From a virus (lineage: Duplodnaviria > Heunggongvirae > Uroviricota > Caudoviricetes), in IMG/VR virus record IMGVR_UViG_2698536428_000019: a stretch of DNA of 38,544 nucleotides. One strand, given 5' to 3'. Both the position numbers and the translations under genes were made by a program. Positions within the stretch are counted from its first letter, which is position 1. The number at the start of each line of letters is the position of its first letter. Of the stretch, positions 10,091 to 19,510 are shown piece after piece. The notes beneath the pieces were generated by a model. The model did no database searches, was not told where the DNA came from, and saw nothing but the letters and a program-made list of their open reading frames with translations.

Positions 10091-11431
10091 TCAGGCAATG
10101 CGCTCAAATATTCCGATTCCTGCGCCTGCATAAATGTCAGCGCAGGCCCGCCACGTGCCCGGTGGCCTGCGGTTTGTGTTCCAGTTTTGCATGGATTCAT
10201 AAAAACTGATTTCGAAGTCGGAATTAGTCATGCTCATCAGTCTGAGTTTACTGCCCGGGCGGGTATCTCCGGGCGCTATATTAATTCTGGCAGGATATAC
10301 CCCCTCGGCATCCGTTGCCGCCAGAATAAAGCTGCCCACATCCCAGAGTGTCCGCTGTGTTTTTGCCTGTGCAGCCTCCAGTGCTTGCCGTGCTTTCTGC
10401 CCGGCGTTTTCTGCTGCCGTCATGGCCGTCTTCACAGCTTTTGGTGTGGCAGCCAGCACTTCACTGTCACTGTCCGTTGCGCTGCTTAGCTGAACAATAC
10501 CTCGCTCTGTCAGGGAGGCATCGCCGGTCTGCGTGAGGGGGAGTATGGCAACCTCCTTCCATTCAGACCACGGCCCGTTGCCGGTGAAGTTACCTGTCAC
10601 TGTCCGGATAAATTTTCGTGGAGGATTCCAGGCGGTGTATTCCTGCTGACAGAATCCCCATGCGCCCATCCTGATGGATAATGATCCGGCTGATGTTACC
10701 GGGTAGTGATGCGCAGTGGTGGCTCCGCTGTTGTTGGGCTGATAGTAGTCGCCATGATGTTCAGGTCTTCCCAGTGTATCCAGGTCCACGCTGAGGGCGG
10801 CTGTTGGTCTTGTTACTGCCAGCGCCTTAAGTGCTTTTATTGCTTTGGGTGTGGCTGCCCGGGTTTCATCATCACTGTCGGTTTCACTACTGAGCTGAGT
10901 AAATCCCTTACTGGTGGTTGTGGCATCCGGGTGTTTACCGTTTTGTTCATGCTGCTTTATCATTTCTGCCACGCCAGCCTGTGTTGCCATGGTGGTTGAT
11001 GAGTCGGCTGTCAGATTTACAGAGGCTTCGTTGCTCAGCAGAATCACCATGCGGAATACCTGTTCTCTGCCTGAGCCCTCATCAAGCTGCGGTTTGTAAC
11101 CTTCCGCAACATTACCCACGGCGATGAGTGTGCCTTTGCTGTCAAACAGACCGATTTCGCGGATCCAGAATCCTCCTTCATTCGCAGGAATGATCACTTC
11201 GGCGGTTAAAAAACTGGTGTTTTCCGCGTCACGGCTGACCCTGCTGACCTCGCCCCGCCAGACCTCTTTAACGAGAGCGGTTTGCGTGGCCAGTGGTTCT
11301 GTGGGTTTACCGTTACCGTCTCCGACGGCGATATGTGTCAGCGTGATCTTTTCTCCATCCGGTAACACCGCAGCTGCGAGGGCTGCTGTTCCGGCATTTG
11401 TGATAATGGTTTTGTATTTTGCGGCCATCAT
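10091..11431 (-). CDS. tail fibre protein (P2 H homolog)
   Basis: N-terminus aligns with P2 H (GGFW.RE(I/L)GL.D..GTLIAV.N.AE.YKP...EGSGR); internal repeat ...GFTQLSS.TDSD.E..AATPKA(I/V)K... Confidence 0.9.
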   Translation of the reverse strand: MMAAKYKTIITNAGTAALAAAVLPDGEKITLTHIAVGDGNGKPTEPLATQTALVKEVWRGEVSRVSRDAENTSFLTAEVIIPANEGGFWIREIGLFDSKGTLIAVGNVAEGYKPQLDEGSGREQVFRMVILLSNEASVNLTADSSTTMATQAGVAEMIKQHEQNGKHPDATTTSKGFTQLSSETDSDDETRAATPKAIKALKALAVTRPTAALSVDLDTLGRPEHHGDYYQPNNSGATTAHHYPVTSAGSLSIRMGAWGFCQQEYTAWNPPRKFIRTVTGNFTGNGPWSEWKEVAILPLTQTGDASLTERGIVQLSSATDSDSEVLAATPKAVKTAMTAAENAGQKARQALEAAQAKTQRTLWDVGSFILAATDAEGVYPARINIAPGDTRPGSKLRLMSMTNSDFEISFYESMQNWNTNRRPPGTWRACADIYAGAGIGIFERIA

Positions 11432-12054
11432 TACTCCTTGTCCGGTCTGATGGTTACTGTGATGCCTTCATAGGTGACTCCACCCGGGTGGATGTCACCA
11501 CTGACTGACAGCGGGCTTGTCAGTTCTGCTGCCGGATATACCACGATGGTTTCCCCGGTCAGCGTGGCCCCGGTTATGCGGGATATACCCCGTGCAACGT
11601 AGGTCATTTTCATGGCGGCAAGGTGTCGGCTTACCGGGCGAACGGTGGTAATCATTCGCTCCATCTCCTGCCGGGTTTCCTCTGTCAGTCCGCGCTCCGA
11701 TATGTCAATATCCAGCCTGAATGACCCCGGCGGATCGTTGTTCTCCCACCATTCTGTAATACTCAGTATCGCGCCGAAGGGCTCCACAGCCCGACGCATG
11801 GCGCTGATGGTGCCTTTGTGGCGGTGAATATGCCACGAGTCACGGATGATCTGACGACGTGCCTCTTCACTCCATGTTTCATCCCAGCGGTCAACGGAAA
11901 GCGCCCAGGCAAGCCATGGCAGCAGATGGGCTGGGCAGGTGTCGGGGTTCCAGAGGGTGTTGATATGGATCGGCAGCTCTGACAGGCGCTGAGCGCCCTG
12001 TTCCGAATGATGCAGGAAGGAGGGCGAGGATGGCGGCAGCAGTCGGTTATTCAT
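11431..12054 (-). CDS. baseplate protein I homolog
   Basis: LWNPDTCPA.LLPWLAWA.SVDRWDE and TEWWEN.DPPG.FRLDI motifs match P2 gpI; start may instead be the upstream ATG at 12063. Confidence 0.9.
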   Translation of the reverse strand: MNNRLLPPSSPSFLHHSEQGAQRLSELPIHINTLWNPDTCPAHLLPWLAWALSVDRWDETWSEEARRQIIRDSWHIHRHKGTISAMRRAVEPFGAILSITEWWENNDPPGSFRLDIDISERGLTEETRQEMERMITTVRPVSRHLAAMKMTYVARGISRITGATLTGETIVVYPAAELTSPLSVSGDIHPGGVTYEGITVTIRPDKE

Positions 12055-12943
12055 CGGTGCCACCTGCAGAGATGTTCCGGGATGTGCAGCGGGCTGACTG
12101 GGTGTTACTGATCACCACATTCTGCGCTGGTTTCTTCAGCTCGACTCGCTGAACGCCCGGTACGTGTAGCGTTGCCATAATGGCAGAGCGGGCCACATCA
12201 CGTCCTATGGCATTCTGAGTTTTCAGCCATGTGTCAAGTGCATTTCTGGCGGCGGCAAGAATGGGTTCGGATTCCGGGCCCGGATAAAAATAGAGTACGG
12301 CCTCAATATCGTAACTGACGATGGTCGCACTCTGTACCGTGAGTCTGTCGGCCAGGGGGCGCACAGTTTCATCATTGAGAGCCCGGCTGACGGTCGCGAT
12401 TAATTCCGGTGACGCTGTGCCGTCTCCTTCCGTTGAGAGAATGGAGACAATGACCGTCGCAGGTGACGGACTGGTTGCCCGTGCATCGGCAACAAGACCG
12501 CTGGCACTGCGGGCAAAATATTCATATGCAGCAGAGGGGCCTGCGACGCTGAAACCTTCAAATCCGGATTGTGCCCGCAGACGGAACGCGCTGTCGCTCT
12601 CCATGATGGCAGCTTCTGTATCAGTAGCAGGTTTCAGTTCAAGGCGTTTCGCATTCACGATAGCGGCGAGATTATCCAGGTCTGTGGATACGGCATGGCT
12701 GAGCATGCACCCCGCCGCTGCATCGTTGATCCGCTGACGGAGCAGCATTTCGCGAAAGGCGATGGCCTGAGCAATGATGTTGAGTGGCTCTGATTCCAGC
12801 GCAATGGCTGCGCTGACGGCACTGCGCATGTTTTCAGGGAAGGCATCAATCATAAAGGCCTTCACGTCTTTCAGTATGCTCTCATAATCCAGTGATTCAA
12901 TGATCTGCGGACGTGGTAACTGAGACAGGTCAATTGTCGGCAT
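12047..12943 (-). CDS. baseplate assembly protein J homolog
   Basis: 298 aa, size and position between W and I; overlapping stop/start coupling. Confidence 0.88.
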   Translation of the reverse strand: MPTIDLSQLPRPQIIESLDYESILKDVKAFMIDAFPENMRSAVSAAIALESEPLNIIAQAIAFREMLLRQRINDAAAGCMLSHAVSTDLDNLAAIVNAKRLELKPATDTEAAIMESDSAFRLRAQSGFEGFSVAGPSAAYEYFARSASGLVADARATSPSPATVIVSILSTEGDGTASPELIATVSRALNDETVRPLADRLTVQSATIVSYDIEAVLYFYPGPESEPILAAARNALDTWLKTQNAIGRDVARSAIMATLHVPGVQRVELKKPAQNVVISNTQSARCTSRNISAGGTDE

Positions 12944-13295
12944 TACTCCCCCTCAGCGGAATGCTCATCTGTACGGGCTGCATTGTGCGGGTGAGCACGC
13001 CTGAGATGGCCAGCAGAGCGCGTCCGTCAGGCAGCCAGGCGATATCCACCCGGTTAATGGCGATCCGGGGCTCCCACTGTGCGAGCGCCATAACCACCGC
13101 GCTCATGCACTGCAGACGCGTCACGTCGTTTTGTGGCGCATCGAGCAGTTCAGGTAACAGGCTGCCATACTCTCTTCGCATGATGCGACTGCCGCGCGGG
13201 GTGGTCAGAATATTGTTTACAGAGTGGCGGAGGTGTTCTGTGTCACTGATGCATCCGCTACCATGCGGGTTCATGCCTGTGCATACCGGTGTCAT
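12930..13295 (-). CDS. baseplate protein W homolog (gp25-like)
   Basis: ...TP.GSR.MRR.YGSLL..... matches P2 gpW. Confidence 0.88.
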   Translation of the reverse strand: MTPVCTGMNPHGSGCISDTEHLRHSVNNILTTPRGSRIMRREYGSLLPELLDAPQNDVTRLQCMSAVVMALAQWEPRIAINRVDIAWLPDGRALLAISGVLTRTMQPVQMSIPLRGSNADN

Positions 13296-13888
13296 TTCGG
13301 CCCCCCTGTCATGCTTCCGCCGGACTGAACACCGTTATGAACGTGCGTATGCACGGTAACACCATTTGAGAGTAAGTTTCCGTTACTGTGTGTGATATCC
13401 CCTTTCATGGTGCCACCGTCAGTCAGTTCAAACGTCCTGGCCTTCAGATGTTTTGTGCACTCTACGGCCGGTGTGTCCAGGGTAATACGTGTTTCCGCAG
13501 AGATCTCTGCGGTTTTGATTCCTTTCACCGTCAGCGCGCCTTTTTCTGCGTCATAGCGTATCTCGGCACCGTCAGGTGCAAGGAGTATCACTTCATTCTG
13601 TTTTGTGCCGGGCGCCGGGTGTTCTTCGCTGTAGAGACTGCCAGCCACAACGGCCATTTCAGGACTGCCGCCCGGGCAGAGCAACAGCACCTGTTCACCG
13701 GGGGAGGGGGGCAGCCAGATTTTAAACGCCCCGGCGCGTGTGCAGTTCCAGCGGAGCCAGTCCGTTGTCAGTCCGCCGCTGGTAGCGCGAATGCGCCAGT
13801 TTTTCAGATCCACCTCCGAAACGACGCCGGTGCGGACCATGTTTTCCAGCAGTCGCATGATTTCAGCATTCAACGGGTGTTTCTCCAC
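13292..13888 (-). CDS. baseplate spike/assembly protein V homolog
   Basis: TDWL.W..RAG, GEQVL.L..GG and HTH.H motifs align with P2 gpV. Confidence 0.88.
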   Translation of the reverse strand: MEKHPLNAEIMRLLENMVRTGVVSEVDLKNWRIRATSGGLTTDWLRWNCTRAGAFKIWLPPSPGEQVLLLCPGGSPEMAVVAGSLYSEEHPAPGTKQNEVILLAPDGAEIRYDAEKGALTVKGIKTAEISAETRITLDTPAVECTKHLKARTFELTDGGTMKGDITHSNGNLLSNGVTVHTHVHNGVQSGGSMTGGPK

Positions 13889-14514
13889 AGGTTGTTGATA
13901 ATGATTTCCGTCACTTTCTGTCTGTCGGCTTCACTGAATCCCAGCAGTTCGCGTTGCGGATAGCGGACGGCATTACCGGCAGAGACCAGTGACACTTCGC
14001 CGAACTGATGAACGCGGGCAATGCGGGCTGCGCGGCCTTCAAATCCCACGCTGACGCCGCCGGGATCGGTTTTTACCTTCAGAAAGCGGTTTGTCCGAAG
14101 CTGCTCAAACATGGGTGGACGCTTAATGGCGCTCTGCGTTCGCCTGCGGGTGTCAATTTCCAGGTATTCTTCAATATCGGCTTTGTGGAACGAGCGTATT
14201 CCCCGGCGCTCCGTGTCGTAACCGGTGATCATGGGGCCGTACCGGCCGGTTGTTGTCCGCCAGTTTTTCAGTCGTCTCACCTGAGTGCCGTTCCAGATGA
14301 ACACCACACCTGCCTGGACACGGAATACACGTTTTTTACGGGCGGGCCACCGGTTACCGTCCGGTGATTGTTGCGAACGTATACGCTTTTGTTGCGCGGC
14401 GCGGACAGCCTGACCGACAGCACGTGCTGTTTTGTTTATACCGGCAGCGGACAGACCACTGAGGATCTCCTGAAAGAGACCGTCCAGTCTGTGCAGGTCA
14501 TCCGGAGCCATCAT
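13870..14514 (-). CDS. virion morphogenesis / tail completion protein (P2 S-like)
   Basis: Start chosen at the ATGATG overlapping the R 3' end; the ORF-track start at 14616 would overlap R extensively. Confidence 0.7.
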   Translation of the reverse strand: MMAPDDLHRLDGLFQEILSGLSAAGINKTARAVGQAVRAAQQKRIRSQQSPDGNRWPARKKRVFRVQAGVVFIWNGTQVRRLKNWRTTTGRYGPMITGYDTERRGIRSFHKADIEEYLEIDTRRRTQSAIKRPPMFEQLRTNRFLKVKTDPGGVSVGFEGRAARIARVHQFGEVSLVSAGNAVRYPQRELLGFSEADRQKVTEIIINNLWRNTR

Positions 14515-14965
14515 TCTGACCCCATGTGACATCTTCGAGGGTGACGTGCCATGCTTCCAGGGCCCGGCTGACAGGCGGCTCTCCGATGTGTTCTGCGTGA
14601 ACAGTGCCATCATCATTACGGCGGATAATCACCCGCTCCCATACCGGGATTTCCAGCAGGATATCGGTGCTGTCGTCGTCATTGATGGCAACAGAAAATT
14701 TGATATCCCTGTTTTTCTCCGGATTAAGCAGGAGATCAGGCTGATTGCGGTACAGCCAGCGCATCAGCGGCACCATCAGTTCATCGAGATCCTGCGTGAA
14801 GTCCATGACAAAGATCCCAAGCGTGTAACGGTAAAGATATGAGGGGGATTCGCCGGTCGTCTCAATGCCTCCGTTATTCACATACACAGTGAATTTCTCC
14901 GGGTTGGCGCGACACCATGGGCAGGCGTCAGTCATGGCGTCGCGCAGGGTGTTAATTTTCAGCAT
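14498..14965 (-). CDS. tail completion protein R homolog
   Basis: 155 aa, same size and position as P2 gpR upstream of S and V. Confidence 0.8.
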   Translation of the reverse strand: MLKINTLRDAMTDACPWCRANPEKFTVYVNNGGIETTGESPSYLYRYTLGIFVMDFTQDLDELMVPLMRWLYRNQPDLLLNPEKNRDIKFSVAINDDDSTDILLEIPVWERVIIRRNDDGTVHAEHIGEPPVSRALEAWHVTLEDVTWGQNDGSG

Positions 14966-14980
14966 GCCCCCTCCTGTGTG

Positions 14981-15154
14981 TTATGGCATGTTCTGGTTGT
15001 TCTGTTGTGCAGACTTCTGACTGATTTTTTCAGCGGCGCGCTCGTCAATTTTTCGCTGAAAATAATTTCTGATAACACTGTAACCGCCGCTGATCAGATA
15101 CAGCGCGCAGACTGCAGTACAGAAATACAGCATGATCTGATGAATGAATAACAT
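14981..15154 (-). CDS. small single-pass membrane protein (57 aa), unknown function
   Basis: MLFIHQIMLYFCTAVCALYLISGGY then a basic tail; ATG preceded by SD gaggtg (the ORF-track start at 15169 lacks an SD). Confidence 0.45.
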   Translation of the reverse strand: MLFIHQIMLYFCTAVCALYLISGGYSVIRNYFQRKIDERAAEKISQKSAQQNNQNMP

Positions 15155-15299
15155 AATCACCTCACACAAATGATTGACATAACGATGTCTGGCGTTTTAA
15201 AAAAATGAATAACAATAATAAACACTCTCCATAATTCCTCTTGCGCTCCCGTCAGGTATCTTCTCCTCTAAGTCTTGCCTGCCGGGAGCCTCTTTTTTC

Positions 15300-17345
15300 T
15301 TATGCGGCGTTGCTGTTATTGATATCCACCGTCACATACTCAATCAGCACGGGGTAGGTGTCCTGGTTACTGGTGATATCCGTGATCAGCAGTTTGTCGT
15401 TATCCAGTCCTGCCGCCGGGCATTTCGCCAGATTAAAGGCCGCCTGGGTCTGACCGTTGATGACCGGTGTCACGCTGATGCTGTTATTTCCGGCAAACCG
15501 GAACACCACGTTGTGCCAGTTATGATTAAATGCCCCGAAGGTTCCCAGTTTTGCATTCTGTTGTTTGTGCTGCATCAGATTCAGGTTTGCGCTGTCGCTC
15601 TGGATGAAGAAGGCTGCCAGCATATTGTTTCCTGTGCTTCCCTCCGGAACAACGTTTTCAGGTAGCTGAGAAACCGGCCAGTACAGAGCCATGGCGAAGC
15701 GGTTTTCTGCCAGCTGAACACCTTCCGGGATTTTGAAACGAAAGGCAATTTCCCCGCCTTTCTGAAGTAATTCAGTTGCTTTACTTGCAGGCACATCGTG
15801 GGCGATTTTCCAGGCTGTTTGTTGCCCCTGGACTTTTTCCACTCGCACGGCTTTACCGCTCTCAGCAGCAGAGTCATTTACGACGGAGGCTTTTCCATCT
15901 GCCCCTGTCCAGCCCTGTTCTTTCAGTTTCCCTTCCTGTGCGTCTGCGCGATAAGCGACGGCCGTTGTTCTTGCCGGTGATGACTGCGTACCTGCGCCCG
16001 GCTGAGGTGCAGGTGTGGAGGGCTGCGGGCTTTCCGTGGTGGTGCTGTCTGAACCGGCCGTGGCTGGAGGTGCTGCGACCACGCTGAACGGTGCGGGTGC
16101 ACCTTTCAGGAAGGCGACGGTCTTCCCGGCATGCATCAGGATCGCCGTTGCCAGGCGGTCAGAAATAATGCCGCGGCGGGCCCATGAACTGAAATGCGTG
16201 GCGCGATCTGAAGAGGTCCAGTTTCCGTTACTACGGGATGCAGCACCGTAATAACCGGCTTCTGCCAGGTCAGGATCTTCGGCAGGCAGGTTTGTTGGCG
16301 TGTTAGCACCTTTCTCATCGGTCATCAGGGGCACAAAATAAATTTTTTGCGCTTCTTTGTTCTGATATGCACCGTAAACCACCGGGTACTGAGAGGTATA
16401 TTGTTGTTTCCAGATATAGGTGGTATCGCCGCAAATCCAGGGAACAAGTGATGCGTTGCCTCCGGTGCACTGTGCAGCATATGCGCTGAGATCGGCGCGG
16501 AACTGATTCACCATGTTCAGGAATAATTGCGGGTACTGTGCGTATGTTGCTGATTTCAGATCAAACTCTCCCAGCATCCAGACCACGGATAACAGGACGT
16601 TTTTGGGGTTTTTATCCAGCGCGGCTTTTGTACGGGTAAGCAGATCGTTATACAGCGGTTTGCCGACGCCCCACAGGGATGATTCGGCCGTTGCTCCTGA
16701 AGATTCACTGAATGCCCCCTCAGCGCCGGAAGTAAGCGCTGACCCTCCACGACAGCAAGGTACCAGGAGGATCCCTGCATTTTTCGGGATAAACGCCAGT
16801 AATTTTTTGGCAATATGTAAACCCTGTCCGACGCAGCCATACTGACCTTTTGACAGATCGGCGTTCGGATGATTAAGGCTGCTCATATCCTGTACATCAT
16901 GGAGACAGTGATCTGCCGGAATAATATCGTTATAGGTACATGCAGCGCCGCCCGGTGTTACCGTACTGCGACGCGCTAACTGTTTAATTCGTGGATCAGG
17001 ACTGTCGAATGTATCGGGTAATGGCAGCCCCTCACCGTATGCCATGCCATTGGACTGACCAGCCAGTGGCACCACATAATAAAACTCTGGCTCAGTTGTG
17101 TGTCCAGTGTCGTATCCGTCGGTAGTGCCCGGTACGGGGTTTTCCTCGCCTTCTGGTACCGGAATGGCTGATGGCAGGTCTCTGTCAGTGACCAGTGCCT
17201 GCATCAGGTAAAATGGTGCTCCCGGCTCTGATGCTGAGACAGGTCCCCCAAGAAGTCCCCATCCTTCCCTGAGCATGGGCGCAAGTTTTTCGGCAAGTTC
17301 CTTGTTCGTCATTGCCGTCACAAGCTGATAATGTTTCGGTACCAT
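15300..17345 (-). CDS. nanS: NanS-p-like sialate 9-O-acetylesterase (DUF1737 N-terminus plus SGNH/SASA-type esterase domain), prophage cargo
   Basis: 681 aa from the ATG with SD ggag (MVPKHYQLVTAMTNKELAEKL...); architecture matches prophage-encoded NanS-p esterases of EHEC prophages as recalled. Confidence 0.75.
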   Translation of the reverse strand: MVPKHYQLVTAMTNKELAEKLAPMLREGWGLLGGPVSASEPGAPFYLMQALVTDRDLPSAIPVPEGEENPVPGTTDGYDTGHTTEPEFYYVVPLAGQSNGMAYGEGLPLPDTFDSPDPRIKQLARRSTVTPGGAACTYNDIIPADHCLHDVQDMSSLNHPNADLSKGQYGCVGQGLHIAKKLLAFIPKNAGILLVPCCRGGSALTSGAEGAFSESSGATAESSLWGVGKPLYNDLLTRTKAALDKNPKNVLLSVVWMLGEFDLKSATYAQYPQLFLNMVNQFRADLSAYAAQCTGGNASLVPWICGDTTYIWKQQYTSQYPVVYGAYQNKEAQKIYFVPLMTDEKGANTPTNLPAEDPDLAEAGYYGAASRSNGNWTSSDRATHFSSWARRGIISDRLATAILMHAGKTVAFLKGAPAPFSVVAAPPATAGSDSTTTESPQPSTPAPQPGAGTQSSPARTTAVAYRADAQEGKLKEQGWTGADGKASVVNDSAAESGKAVRVEKVQGQQTAWKIAHDVPASKATELLQKGGEIAFRFKIPEGVQLAENRFAMALYWPVSQLPENVVPEGSTGNNMLAAFFIQSDSANLNLMQHKQQNAKLGTFGAFNHNWHNVVFRFAGNNSISVTPVINGQTQAAFNLAKCPAAGLDNDKLLITDITSNQDTYPVLIEYVTVDINNSNAA

Positions 17346-17355
17346 AGTGACTCCG

Positions 17356-17631
17356 TTATTTTTCATGAGTGTTCATTCGTGCTGTCCGCTGCCGCTCCAG
17401 CCCGGCAATGGCGGCTTTATCGGCATTACAACTGTCCAGGGCATCTACCAGTCGGTCTCCCCAGTCAGCCACATCAGCCCATATCATGTGTTGCGGCAGC
17501 ACCGGTACCGGTGTCTGTCTGGTCAGACTTTCCGGCACGCTCCCGCAAATGACGCCGGTTTTCAGCGGCGCTGGCGTGTTGTTGCAGGCTGTCAGCAACA
17601 TCAGCAGGGGGAGGAGTGCGTGCGCACTCAT
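17356..17631 (-). CDS. o-spanin lipoprotein (Rz1 / LysC-like)
   Basis: MSAHALLPLLMLLTAC: signal peptide with lipobox; overlaps the 3' end of the i-spanin gene in another frame. Confidence 0.7.
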   Translation of the reverse strand: MSAHALLPLLMLLTACNNTPAPLKTGVICGSVPESLTRQTPVPVLPQHMIWADVADWGDRLVDALDSCNADKAAIAGLERQRTARMNTHEK

Positions 17632-17899
17632 CCGCCTGTAAGTTTTTCCGCATCGTTTCACGTCGTTCTTCCCCTCTGGCTGCACGCTCCTGATCTTCGC
17701 GCCGGATAGCGGCCAGCGCTGACTGTGTCTCCGCCGTGGCCTTAAGCAACTCCCGGACGGTCGTATTGCTCTCTTTCACGGCTTTTTCCAGCGCTTCATA
17801 ACGGGTGCTCTCCTGACCTGAGCGATAGGCCCGGATGACCACCATTGCCTGCAGCGAAATGGTCAGCAGCAGCGCACAAAGGATAATGTTCAGTTTCAT
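17474..17899 (-). CDS. i-spanin (Rz / LysB-like)
   Basis: MKLNIILCALLLTISLQAMVV N-terminal TM followed by a charged coiled-coil region; ATGA overlap with the endolysin stop. Confidence 0.75.
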   Translation of the reverse strand: MKLNIILCALLLTISLQAMVVIRAYRSGQESTRYEALEKAVKESNTTVRELLKATAETQSALAAIRREDQERAARGEERRETMRKNLQADECARTPPPADVADSLQQHASAAENRRHLRERAGKSDQTDTGTGAAATHDMG

Positions 17900-18447
17900 G
17901 GCTGCGCTCCCGCGTCTTTCAGGCACCAGTTCTTAAAATCATTCCGGCGGTTAACCAGTCCCTGCGTGCGCGTTCCGCCACTGTTCACAAAATCTGTCAG
18001 CCGGTAACACATGAGGCGCCATTGCCGTGTCTGCGCGTGTTTCCAGATGGTGGTGCGTTGCGGCGTGCCGTTTTTGTTTTTAAACCACATCAGATTCCGG
18101 CAGCCCAGGTTAAAGGCGGCGTCCGTCATGGCTTCGAATGCAGACTGCGGCATCTGCTGCCCCCTGAAATTCTGTGTGATGCAGTTCTCAGCGCGGCGCA
18201 TATCGTTGATCCACCGCCCGGCCACTTCCTCCTGTGTGTACAGGCGGTTTTCCACGTTACCGGTGGATCCGCATCCGACCGTACCGACCCCCACCAGATC
18301 ACGGTAGGGTCGGGCCCGGCACTCCTCCCATGTGGCAATTTTGATTTGTGCCTCGCGGGAGGTTCTCAGTTCTCCGGGAGCCAGGGAGATCCCCAGCGCC
18401 ACAATGGCGGCCACGGCGTAACGCTTAGGTCCGGCCATCGTGCTCAT
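17896..18447 (-). CDS. endolysin, T4-lysozyme-like, probable SAR (signal-anchor-release) type
   Basis: Hydrophobic N-terminus (YAVAAIVALGISLAPG) followed by an E...D...T lysozyme core (EECRARPYRDLVGVGTVGCG); resembles phage 21-type SAR endolysins. Confidence 0.8.
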   Translation of the reverse strand: MSTMAGPKRYAVAAIVALGISLAPGELRTSREAQIKIATWEECRARPYRDLVGVGTVGCGSTGNVENRLYTQEEVAGRWINDMRRAENCITQNFRGQQMPQSAFEAMTDAAFNLGCRNLMWFKNKNGTPQRTTIWKHAQTRQWRLMCYRLTDFVNSGGTRTQGLVNRRNDFKNWCLKDAGAQP

Positions 18448-18721
18448 CCTGCTTCAGAAGCATCATTGCCCGGCGCTCTGCGTCGTTCAGCTCCCTTCCT
18501 TCTGACTGCATAAGGATTTTTTCAATCAGTTCGTTGCGCCTTGCCTGGGCGATCTCCATCCTGCGGCGGTGAAGCCAGGCACGAAGCAGTGACAGCGTTC
18601 CCAGCACAAAACCGGCCACGGCAATTTTTTCGCTCAGCGTCATCACGCCGATACCGGCTGTCGTCACTGACGCCCAGAACGTGATGTGATCACAAAGCCG
18701 CTGAAACATTCTCACCCCCAC
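18425..18721 (-). CDS. holin (possible dual-start holin/antiholin)
   Basis: 98 aa with two hydrophobic segments; N-terminus MGVRM has two Met separated by a basic residue; sits between X and the endolysin. Confidence 0.65.
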   Translation of the reverse strand: MGVRMFQRLCDHITFWASVTTAGIGVMTLSEKIAVAGFVLGTLSLLRAWLHRRRMEIAQARRNELIEKILMQSEGRELNDAERRAMMLLKQDEHDGRT

Positions 18722-18912
18722 AACTGGATCATTTCACGCCGGGTCTGCCCCTGCAGCTCCGGTAGCTCCACTTCCTGTCCGGCATGCAGAAACATGACGG
18801 CTGAAATCCCCGGATTGGCGGCCAGTACCGCCTCAGTCACCCCCTGCGTGGTGCCGTAATGGCGCTGACAGAGTAAATCGACGGTGTCACCGTCCAGAGC
18901 CATTACTTTCAT
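18712..18912 (-). CDS. tail protein X homolog (LysM-like)
   Basis: 66 aa from the internal ATG (MKVMALDGDTVDLLCQRHYG...); ORF-track start is upstream; overlaps the L stop by one nt. Confidence 0.8.
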   Translation of the reverse strand: MKVMALDGDTVDLLCQRHYGTTQGVTEAVLAANPGISAVMFLHAGQEVELPELQGQTRREMIQLWG

Positions 18913-19406
18913 CAGACCAGCTCCGCATAAATGCGGGTGACACCGCGTATGTCTGATATTGCCCAGCGGGCATCCCGCCACAAATCCTCAACCTGCATGT
19001 CCAGCGCGTCAGCCCTGCGGTCGCCTTTATCGGTGGTATCCACATCCCGGGTGCGCTCCAGTACAAACGCGCGGGTGAGTGCGAAAACGGCCCTGCGGTA
19101 GCGGTGGACGTGTACACTCTCTCCGTTCACCTGCGTGGCCGGAACGTCAGCCAGTGAGGCCGCGCCTTCAGCCATCCGCTCACGTTTCCAGAGCTCCAGT
19201 TCGGCGATCACATGGGCGACCGCTTCCGTTGCTGCATGTAACAGACGGGTTGTTGTTGTCCTCCCCGGAATGCGGGAAGCCAGGCGAATTTCATGCAGTG
19301 AGATCGCCGGCCAGAAGTCACCCGCGCTCACCATGGCGTCGCCGTCATCGGTGTCGGTGGTATCTGTGTCAGCGCTGTTCACGCGGGGTCTGGCTATCAG
19401 ACTCAT
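18912..19406 (-). CDS. head completion protein L homolog
   Basis: 164 aa, size and position between M and X as in P2. Confidence 0.8.
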   Translation of the reverse strand: MSLIARPRVNSADTDTTDTDDGDAMVSAGDFWPAISLHEIRLASRIPGRTTTTRLLHAATEAVAHVIAELELWKRERMAEGAASLADVPATQVNGESVHVHRYRRAVFALTRAFVLERTRDVDTTDKGDRRADALDMQVEDLWRDARWAISDIRGVTRIYAELV

Positions 19407-19510
19407 GCCTGTCTCCGTAAAAATCAGGCGGTGGGCAACCGGTAAAAAGAACGCGAAGCCTGTTCAGATCACCGGTTGCGCCGCCTGCCGACGAGGTGCG
19501 GTTCGTTAAA

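Noticed and set aside
14498-14616. Upstream extension of the S ORF (start at 14616)
   Set aside because: Would overlap the R gene by more than 100 nt; the ATGATG at 14511..14514 gives the usual short overlap.
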